DNA from: Eledone cirrhosa | Lineage: Eukaryota | Direction of reading: 5' to 3' | Length of the DNA: 64,000 nucleotides | Assembly: GCA_964016885.1 (NCBI GenBank) | Contig: OZ024740.1 | Location: 215,760,001 to 215,824,000 of the forward strand | In this document: one piece after another, positions 54,729-64,000 of the stretch | Numbering within the stretch: the stretch's first letter is position 1 | How the letters are laid out: each line of letters opens with the position of its first letter | Program-made: the position numbers and the translations under genes | The notes under the pieces: generated by a model | The model's input: the letters and a program-made list of their open reading frames with translations, nothing else | Told to the model about the DNA's origin: nothing | Databases searched by the model: none

Positions 54729-55227
54729 CTCTCACATACACCACTACTACAATGGTCTCTGTTCCAGTACAGTAATTTAACTCTATCTCCCTCTTCTACC
54801 ATTGCAATACAATGTTAATTTAGTTGGCAGAAGTATTGACCATATAAAGGCATGCTTCATTGTTTATACAACTTGATTGTCTTACGTGCCATCAGCATGT
54901 CAGTTTTATGTTGTTGCACTAGTTTTGGACTTTAGCTGCCCGAAATATAATCTAATTTCTTGGGAATATTCTGTTGCTGTAGGGATAATCTCTTTACTAT
55001 CTTTCATTCAACTGTAATCACCAAGTAGATGTGATACGTTTTCTTGTTTTTGTAAAGGTGGCAGGTAAGATTAATAATTTTCTTCTTAAAATGAACCCTA
55101 ACACTCAGTAGATCACTTCTCTTAATGGGATGTACACAGGGCCAGACTTTTACAAGTTGAGGCCCTCAGCTATAGGAAATTCGAGGCCTTTCTCTAAAAA
55201 AATACAATGATTGTTTTTTATATTAAG

Positions 55228-55623
55228 AATAATTGTTTCTACTTTTGGCACAAGGCCAGCAAATAACTCAGTGCATTACTGGTACTTTATTTTATCGGCC
55301 CCGTAAGGATAAAAGGCAAAGTTAACCTCGGCGGGATTTGAATTCAGAATGGCAAGGGCCGTAACTCTATGCGCCAAAGCATGGCGTCCGATCTTCGACT
55401 GATACTGCCAATCCACCGCCCTTTTATATTAAGAATAATTATTTCTACTTTTAGCACAAGGCCGGCAATTATCCTAGTGCATTACTGATACTTTATTTTA
55501 TCGACCTCGTAAGGATGAAAGGCAAAGTTAACCTCGGCGGGATTTGAACTCAGACCATAAAGGGCCGTAACTCTTTGCTGCAAAGCATGGCGTCCGACCC
55601 TCTACCGATACTGCCAATCCACA
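55228..55623 (-). mobile_element. Two tandem tRNA-SINEs (55228-55422, 55434-55623)
   Basis: Reverse-complement SINE copies; TTTTATATTAAGAATAATT flanks the first copy on both sides. Confidence 0.88.
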
Positions 55624-55629
55624 AAAAAT

Positions 55630-55850
55630 ATGCTATGTTCATTCTGTTACCGATCCTTTATTTCGTTTTTTTTACAGTCTCGTTCACCAGCTTTGCTCTT
55701 GTATCTGTCTGTTAGACGATTCTTGCCAGGCCAATTTGCAAAGGTAATATGCTGCACTGAAGAGATCAAATAGGGTTAAAACAACGGTTCTTTTCAGCAA
55801 GCTGGCTTGTGGACAAGGTCCACTCTCACTGCATTGTCTAAAAAAGCTTA
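55630..55850. repeat. Unclassified interspersed repeat with an inverted copy at ~59085-59350
   Basis: GCCAATTTGCAAAGGTAATATGCTGCACTGAAGAGATC...GGACAAGGTCCACTCTCACTGCATTGTCTAAAAAAGCTTA is reverse-complemented at 59088-59215. Confidence 0.8.
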
Positions 55851-56269
55851 CATCAACCATACATAACCCTAAAACTAATAAAATAATATATTAAAAAAAA
55901 ATCTATGTATGCATGTATGTGTATATGTACGTGTGTACGTGTGTGTATGTATGTGTGTGTGTATGTATGTGTGTATGTATGTGTATGTGTATGTATGTGT
56001 GTATGTATGCATGTATGTGTGTATGTGTCCATGTATGTATATGTGTATGTATGTATGTATGTGTGTGTATGTATGTATTTACTGTGTTTCATCTAAAGTA
56101 AGTGTAGTACTACCAAAGACGATGACTAAAATAAAAGGATTACCAACAACATAAATCTCGATCCTGAAAGATAATAAATCTCTTTCCTTTAATTCCGTTA
56201 TTTCCCAACTTTGCCGCCATACACTTCTAATCGATATGGTTAATTAGTAAACGCTTAAAGTCTGTCTCG

Positions 56270-56565
56270 AACCCAGAGGCTCTTCAGGCAAGTGCTTATC
56301 CTGGTTTCCCTGACGTTAAGTGACTGAGAGTAAAGACTCCCCGCTGGATAGGATCCCAGTCCATCGCTGGGTTAATTCCCCAGCTGAGTATACTGGAGCA
56401 ACGTGAAATAAAGTGTTTTGTTCAAAAACAGACACACAACCCAGTCCTGGAATCGTAAAATGAAGTGTTTTGCTCAAGAACACGACACACAACCCAGTCA
56501 AGGAATCGAACCCACAACATTATGATCATAAGTCCAACACACTTACCACTAGGCCACGCGCCTCC
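56270..56565 (-). mobile_element. tRNA-SINE, second family, with an internal ~50-bp duplication
   Basis: Reverse A/B boxes (ACCACTAGGCCACG, GGAATCGAACC) and a GATGGACTGG..ATCC..TCCAG central domain. Confidence 0.75.
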
Positions 56566-57958
56566 ATAAACTATATGGGAAGTACAATACGTGGTCTGGC
56601 ATACCTGTGTGTATATAACAGCTTGCAAACCTGTGTGTATATAACAACAACAACACCGCTCATATATATGTGAGCAGTACACGGGCCAGTCGCCATGGAG
56701 ATGGCGGGGACACAGGATGACAATGGCCCCTTATTTTTAATGGTCTATCCTCATATTTCTAAAAAATAGATTATAAAGAAATGTCCTGAAATACGATCCT
56801 TGTCCTATGTTCTGAAGTGCCCCCCGAGCAGCAAATGTTGGTGACGGGCGTGGAGGTGCTCAACGTAGATAACTATGGGTGTGTGTCTAACGGCAACAAC
56901 ACTATAACAGATATATGAATAGTACTGTAGTGTGGGTCTAAGATATGTGTGTCTGTATGTGTGGCGTACGTGTGTGATTATGTGTGTGTGCATGTAACAA
57001 CAGCAACATTGTATCAGATATATGAACAGTTCTTTAATGTGAGATCTTAATTGTTGTGAGGCCTCTATTAAAGAGCATTGTCAAGAGATATTCCACTGTT
57101 ACACTGTAGCAACTAACAACAGCTTGGAAGCAACCCTCGCTGATCCGAACACTTAAATGTTTGATTAAACAGACGGAACGTTTAAGTTTTTATGGCGCCA
57201 CAACAATTTCCATTGGCCTTCGATGGTCAGTGGTATTTTAGACAATAATCAAAGATTTTAAGTGGCTAAAATTGATGCCATGATTGCCGGGTTAGAATAT
57301 AGTTACCCTTATTGATTATTATATTTCTGTGACTATTGATTTTTGCTATTTAAAGGTATGTGTTGTTAATAAAGACTAAAAAAGGCATTTAGAGCTTCTG
57401 ACTACTATAACTGTCCACAGTATTTAGTTGTATGGTGATACACCAGGGAGATATATATACATAATAGCAATGATACTGATAACAAAGAAATATATCGTGC
57501 CAGATTACAGATATGGCAACATTCTCTGGCCTTAATATATATATCCCAACTTCGTATTCTATGCAAGATTTGCTGTTTAAAAGAAATTCTATAACATTCG
57601 GTCAGTGATAGCTAGCAAATTAACCGGAAGAAATTTTGTGTCTGTGCTTTTGTACGCTTAATCCACACACACACACACATACATGTGCACAGAGACACAC
57701 ACATAGACAGACTGATAGACACATACACACATGTACACAGACACACACACATATATACACACGCGTACACAGAGACACACATTTACAGAGAGAGAGAGAG
57801 AAACGAAAAAATACATACATGTACAGCGCACGAATATATATATGTGTGTGTGTGTGTGTGTACGCGTATATGTAGGTGTTAATAGATTCTCTGCGGAGGA
57901 AAAGAGAGACAATGACATGTAATTAAATATACTTTCTTTCTCTTTCTATGTGTACACA

Positions 57959-58043
<85 letters not shown>

Positions 58044-58112
58044 TATGAAGAGAGAAGAAACATTTAGATATAATTAGTAATAAAATGTATCATACCTAAA
58101 CTGCTCCTAGAT

Positions 58113-58202
58113 TCCTCGACTACGTAGTTTCGTGGCATAAACAAAAACAATACATCATAAAGATATAGAGTCCTTGCGAGGTCTGCCGACTTATCAAGAG
58201 GA
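58113..58202 (-). ncRNA. Type I hammerhead ribozyme, U3-A8 core variant (copy 1)
   Basis: Minus strand: TCCTC-TTGATAA-GTcGGCA-(46 nt)-TGCCAC-GAAACTACGTAGTC/GAGGA. All three stems pair. Confidence 0.75.
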
Positions 58203-58705
58203 TACCTCATTTTACTAGTCTCAAGAACGCGTCTACACGACGTGAGAAAGAATCCCAAAAGGCGGAGGGGGAGATAGTCACGCGATATAACGGTCGAGAA
58301 ACAGAGCTAAGCCTCTTATAACCCCGAAGAAAATACCACGGAGGCGGAGGGGGTATTTATATCGAAGCCGTAGAAGAGGTGGTGAAGGAGGCGAGAAGTA
58401 TGAGTAATGGAAGCTTTTCAGTAGTCCCCACACTTCAAAGGTTGCTCGACCAGAGGGAGTTATTAACAATATATTTAGAAACACACAGATACATGCGGAC
58501 ACACACATATAAATGAATGCATCCGCACCCAACCGTGAGTTAAGGGTGCCAACTTCACCGATGTTGCTCAATGAATGACTGGGACAGTCCAATCCGGTTG
58601 AACTAGACTGAACCAGTATCAGAGTTAAAAATACATTATGAAGAGAGAAGAAACATTTAGATATAATTAGTAATAAAATGTATCATACCTAAACTGCTCC
58701 TAGAT

Positions 58706-58795
58706 TCCTCGACTACGTAGTTTCGTGGCATAAACAAAAACAATACATCATAAAGATATAGAGTCCTTGCGAGGTCTGCCGACTTATCAAGAGGA
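58706..58795 (-). ncRNA. Type I hammerhead ribozyme, U3-A8 core variant (copy 2)
   Basis: Identical to copy 1, offset by 593 bp. Confidence 0.75.
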
Positions 58796-59673
58796 TGCCT
58801 CATTTTACTAGTCTCAAGAACGCGTCTACACGACGTGAGAAAGAATCCCAAAAGGCGGAGGGGGAGATATATATAGGTGTGCGTGTGTGAACAAGTATGA
58901 GCATGTTTGAGTTGAGCACTCTACATAACGTTTATATATACATACAGTGTGTCAGTATCGGAATATGGCGAGGAGAAAAACTACAGCCAACAAAAAATAT
59001 CCTCGTAATTCCAGAGCCGAAACTCCCTTTGGGGTGCTCAACAATGAAAGGAAGAAGGGGACATAACGCCTAAATTCTTTACTGATTTAAGCTTTTTTAG
59101 ACAATGCAGTGAGAGTGGACCTTGTCCATAAGCCAGCTTGGTGAAAACAACGGTTGTTTTAACCTTATTAGATCTCTTCAGTGGAGCATATTACCTTTGC
59201 AAATTGGTCTGGCAAGAATGGTCTGAGAGGCAGACAAGCAGAAAGACAAACAGGCAGGCAGAGAGAGACAGGCAGATAGATGAGAGCAAAGCTGATAAAC
59301 GATACTGAGAACAAAAAACCAAAGTAAAGGATCGGTGACAGAATGAACATAGAAGTTTATATAGATGATAGAAAGATGGTGACACAAATGTGACTAAAGC
59401 AACATCTGTGGCCATCAATGGACGTACATGGTTTCGATACTTCGGTGACAGTACTATTAGCCCATTAGGGGTCACCATGCCTAATAAGATAGTTAAACAC
59501 TGTCCTGGAGTATTTTGAAGGGCGAGAGAAAAACAACTAAAACGCAGACAGGGACGACGATAAAATAAAAAGAGATAGGGATGGGACAGGAAAAAGAAAA
59601 CAAAAAAATAATTAACATACCTGAAGGAACATGGCGACGTCAAAGAAAATACACAAAACAGATGTATGATAAT

Positions 59674-59951
59674 CAGTGGAGATTTCTGGTGTCCTTTGTA
59701 CTAGCGCCACCTCCCTACCCATCGCCATCGGCTCAGAGTTGGCTACCCGTAACAGTGGAGACCTCTGCTGTACTTGGTCCTAGGACCACCTCCCTACCCA
59801 TCGCCATCCGCTCAGAGTTGGCTACCCGTAACAGTGGAGACCTCTGGTGTCTTTGGTCCTAGGACCACCTCCCTACCCATCGCCATCGGCTCAGAGTTAA
59901 CTACCCGTAACAGTGGAGACCTCTGGTGTCTTTGGTCCTAGGACCACCTCC
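59674..59951 (+). repeat. 79-bp minisatellite, ~3.5 copies (CRE-LINE-derived)
   Basis: Unit CAGTGGAGACCTCTGGTGTCTTTGGTCCTAGGACCACCTCCCTACCCATCGCCATCGGCTCAGAGTTGGCTACCCGTAA. Confidence 0.93.
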
Positions 59952-60225
59952 ATAGGATAATTGATAAGGTCGTGATACATATTTCAATGGCGACAGTGGC
60001 CATGCGATTCCAAATTAAAACGACAAGGGACGGACGAAGATGATGTTCTGGAAGCCTTCACCCGTTTCCTTGTGACATAATAGAGAAGGCTTCAAGAACA
60101 TCATCTTTTAACACCTGAAACTACTTCGCATTTTATTACTCTAAATATACTACGTCATTCCTATGTGGATAAATCACGTAGAGTGCTTCAATTGAATTGC
60201 ATCAATATTTACCGTAAGTATACAA

Positions 60226-60268
<43 letters not shown>

Positions 60269-60419
60269 ATTGAAAAGGGTAGAAGAACCTCTTAGTTCTT
60301 GCACTATCACAAAGATGTTCAGTTAACGGATTGCTATCTTTCTCTGGCCATGAGGTAAAAATGCTTACCAACATATATTTGTCTACTGCCATTTTTTCCC
60401 CCTCGCTCAAACATTTAAC

Positions 60420-60493
<74 letters not shown>

Positions 60494-60705
60494 GTCCTTT
60501 TCTTTCAAATTTACATGTCTCTCCACACATGCCATCACAACTCACTATTTATCTGTTCAATATCTCATACAATGAATTCATCAGAAATATTTTGTAGTTC
60601 ACAATGTTTGCATTGTTCCCTTATCATTCTTCTCTTCTTGTAATCTTGTGATTTCTAGGAATTAACCGAAGATTTCAATGAACTTTCAATATTTGACAAA
60701 ATATA

Positions 60706-60873
60706 CCGTATTTCCCGGCGTCGAAGACGCTACTTTTCCCCTAAATTAAGTCTAAAAATTCTACCAGGCGTCCGGGAGGCCGAAGGTTGTTTATTTTATT
60801 TTTTCAAGTTTTTGGTTGTCAAAATTAGGGTGAGTCCTCGAGGACGAAACGTCTTCAGCGCCGGGAAATAGGG
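60706..60873. mobile_element. Tc1/mariner-superfamily MITE
   Basis: TA-flanked TIRs CCGTATTTCCCGGCGTCGAAGACG and CGTCTTCAGCGCCGGGAAATAGGG. Confidence 0.85.
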
Positions 60874-60892
60874 TAACTTTAATTTAGATAAC

Positions 60893-61506
60893 TGATCAGA
60901 TTAGCATGGGAGGGGGGCGGGGTGTTCCGAGGCCATAGTATCTAGAATAAGGACGGGTGGGAAGAAGTTTAGGGAGCTGCTTCCTCTGTTGACAAAGAAG
61001 GGTTTCTCCCTGCGTACGAAATGACGGTTATATGATGCCTGTGTGAGATGCGCGATGTTGCATGGTAGTGAGACATGGGCAGCAACTGCAGAGGATATGC
61101 GACGGCTGGAGAGAAATGAAGCAAGCATGCTCCGTTGTATGTGCAATGTCAATGTGTGTGAACGACCAAGCATAGACGAGTTGAGAAAGAAACTGGGTAT
61201 AAGAGGGATAAGTTATGGTGTGCAGGAGAGAAGACTGAGATGGTATGGACATGTGATGCGCATGGAGGATGACCGCTGGATAAAGAGTGCCAAGAAATCC
61301 CAGTAGAAGGAAGACGCAGTAGAGGAAGACCACGAAAAACATGGGCGGAGGTGGTGAGAACAGACCTCAGATCACTGAAACTCACGGAGGAGATGACGAA
61401 GGCCCGTGACAAGTGGAGAGATGCTGTGCTGAATTGGACCCGTCCCACCCTTGCAAGCAGGGAAAAGCGGACGTAAAATGATGATGATGATGAGGATGAG
61501 GATGAT
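60893..61506 (+). mobile_element. RTE LINE 3' fragment
   Basis: MLHGSETW, RRLRWYGHVMRM, RGRPRKTW and a (GAT)n tail. Closely similar to 587-1130. Confidence 0.9.
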
Positions 61507-62067
61507 GCAATTTTTCAGGATATGACGTCCCTCCCTCCCACAAGACACAGACAGAAACCTTGAAAAGGGCCATAGGCACTGCCATTCTCTCTCTGAATAA
61601 AGAGTGTAAAGATGAGATACTAGAATCCACTTTACTATAAATAAGGAAATTGTGAGGGGGGTGGGGGTAATGAAAATGGCTCTGAATCAAATACTGGAAA
61701 AGAACTTTCTAAAGGACTTAATCTTTCAAGGAACATGGAAAGTGTAATAGTTGTATCCTGGTCAATCATACACCAAGAAAATATTTGATGAGATATATTG
61801 ACTCTATAACGTATCAATAGTTGATTATTCTGTTGATTTCTGGGTAAAGGAAGTTTCACAAAAACCATCACTGTTGTATATTCCAATAGTCTTTAAGTAA
61901 TATTCTGCTTGCTAGGGAAATTTTCGTTGGATCTACAGTTTTTCTACAATCAATATATTTGTGTTCTATCACCTAATTATACATAAAATGAAATGTTGTG
62001 GATTGGACGTTTTATTTTTATTTCATTTGCCACTAGCAGAATACAGTTAAGAATTGTGTGGCTTACA

Positions 62068-62112
<45 letters not shown>

Positions 62113-62138
62113 GGCAATGTAGTTTAGAATGGTGTGGT

Positions 62139-62197
<59 letters not shown>

Positions 62198-62321
62198 TAG
62201 TTATACAGTTTAGAATGGTGTTGTGTAAAATATATGTGTATATTGGTAATGATTCTTCAATAATTTAGCTAGTACTGTACAGCACATTTCTCGGGTACAG
62301 TCAATAAACTAGACCAACACA

Positions 62322-62512
62322 AATAATTGTTTCTACTTTAGGCACAAGGCCAGCAATTACCCAGTGCATTACTGGTACTTTATTTTATCGACCCCGTAAG
62401 GATGAAAGGTAAAGTCAACCTCGGCGGAATTTGAACTCAGATCGTAAAGGGACGTAACTATGCTGGAAAGCATGGCGTCCGACCTCTACCGATACTGCCA
62501 ATCCACCTCCCT
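62322..62512 (-). mobile_element. tRNA-derived SINE, full length
   Basis: Reverse complement of the 15600 copy, near-identical. Confidence 0.9.
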
Positions 62513-62984
62513 ACCCATCGCCATCCGCTCAGAGTTGGCTACTCGTAACAGTGGAGACCTCTGGTGTCTTTGGTCCTAGGACCACCTCTCTACCCATCGC
62601 CATCGGCTCAGAGTTGACTACCCGTAACAGTGGAGACCTCTGGTGTCTTTGGTCCTAGGTCCACCTCCCTACTCATCGCCATCGGCTCAGAGTTGGCTAC
62701 CCGTAACAGTGGAGACCTCTGCTGTACTTGGTCCTAGGACCACCTCCCTACCCATCGCCATCGGCTCAGAGTTGGTTACCCGTAACAGTGGAGACCTCTG
62801 GTGTCTTTGGTCCTAGGGCCACTTCCCTACCCATCGCCATCCGCTCAGAGTTGGTTACCTGTAACAGTGGAGACCTCTGGTGTCTTTGGTCCTAGGACCA
62901 CCTCCCTACCCATCGCCATCCGCTCAGAGTTGGTTACCCGTAACAGTGGAGACCTCTGGTGTCTTTGGTCCCAGGACCACCTCC
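62503..62984 (+). repeat. 79-bp minisatellite, ~6 copies
   Basis: Same unit as 59674-59951 and followed by the same unique flank (offset 3033 bp). Confidence 0.95.
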
Positions 62985-63258
62985 ATAGGATAATTGATAA
63001 GGTTGTGATACATATTTCAATGGCGACAGTGGCCATGCGATTCCAAATTAAAACAACAAGGGACGGACGAAGATGCTGTTCTGGAAGCCTTCACCCGTTT
63101 CCTTGTGACATAATAGAGAAGGCTTCAAGAACATCATCTTTTAACACCTGAAACTACTTCGCATTTTATTACTCTAAATATACTACGTCATTCCTATGTG
63201 GATAAATCACGTAGAGTGCTTCAATTGAATTGCATCAATATTTACCGTAAGTATACAA

Positions 63259-63285
<27 letters not shown>

Positions 63286-63292
<7 letters not shown>

Positions 63293-63457
63293 ACTAGAAA
63301 TTGATTAACATATAAATAAACATGAATAATCACAGGAGATCATTTTTACAAGTGTGTAAGCACACATAGCTAGGTAGGTAACTAAATAAAGTTAACCAGA
63401 ACTTCAAAAATGATTATTCATGTTTATTTATATGTTAATCAATTTCTAGTTATTATA
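63286..63457. repeat. Perfect 47-bp inverted repeat (foldback), 78-bp spacer
   Basis: 63286-63332 TATAATAACTAGAAATTGATTAACATATAAATAAACATGAATAATCA is the exact reverse complement of 63411-63457. Confidence 0.92.
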
Positions 63458-63558
63458 AAATGCTCGGACCTATTCGTTAGAATCTTAGAGCTTATTTTGC
63501 GGGTGATATGGCGCATGTCTTTCTGGCATGACACCCATAATTTTGATTATCTTAATTT

Positions 63559-63674
<116 letters not shown>

Positions 63675-64000
63675 GAAAAGGGTAGAAGAACCTCTTAGTT
63701 CTTGCACTATCACAAAGATGTTCAGTTAACGGATTGCTATCTTTTCCTGGCCAGTGAGGTAAAAATAATGAAATGTCAGCAGAAGTGCTATAGTCTAAAT
63801 TAAACTCTCTGTGAAAATAACACTGGTCAAATTACAAACTTCTAGCAACGATCTTTCCTCAAATGTCTGAGTAGACCAGTCAGAACATTTTCCGAAAACT
63901 GCTTCAGTTTTCCTTCCTGTGAGTATAATATTTATTTTCATTTTGTTTGTGTTAAGATATGGTTACTGACTAAGCTCTTCCTGGTGAATAAAGGAAAAAT

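Larger units (their letters stand above)
58038..58869 (-). mobile_element. 593-bp-period element with 239-bp terminal direct repeats, each carrying a hammerhead (retrozyme / PLE pLTR-like)
   Basis: Repeats 58038-58276 and 58631-58869 differ at one base that I could see (58204 A vs 58797 G). (TA)n flanks. TATAAATA on the minus strand at 58360-58353. Confidence 0.85.

Noticed and set aside
55755-55795. CTGAAGA-GATC hammerhead-like start in the repeat shared with 59.1 kb
   Set aside because: Both copies have AAAA rather than GAAA, and there is no stem I.
56680-56853. Possible small hAT MITE (CACGGGCCAGTCGCCA / TGGTGACGGGCGTG)
   Set aside because: TIR match is imperfect and no TSD is recognisable.
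59340-59530. Possible host exon (open frames on both strands; similar cases at 53607-53891 and 61635-61886)
   Set aside because: No recognisable domain and no convincing splice-site pair; cannot be supported without RNA-seq or a homology search.

Overview
AT-rich eukaryotic (metazoan) DNA made almost entirely of repeats. The repeat complement (tRNA-derived SINEs, RTE LINEs with (GAT)n tails, dense microsatellites) suggests a cephalopod such as Octopus; this is inference, not a database result. I found no recognisable host protein-coding gene. The centre (about 16.86-40.2 kb) is a ~23 kb, 32-bp satellite with higher-order structure; it generates most of the ORF track spuriously. The flanks hold decayed or 5'-truncated transposons: RTE, R4/Dong-like, CR1, Tx1/L1, CRE-like and Penelope-like non-LTR fragments, a Ty3/Gypsy element with its 3' LTR, a Buster-type hAT element with TIRs and TSD, MITEs and many SINEs. 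The most notable signal is a set of type I hammerhead ribozymes read from the sequence by eye. One is a U3-A8 core variant present twice in a 593-bp terminally redundant unit at 58.0-58.9 kb, which is retrozyme-like and could release a 593-nt circularisable RNA. A second lies in a different 633-bp terminally redundant unit at 48.6-49.4 kb, and a minimal one lies at 15.8 kb. Also notable is a 79-bp minisatellite derived from CRE-type LINE coding sequence.
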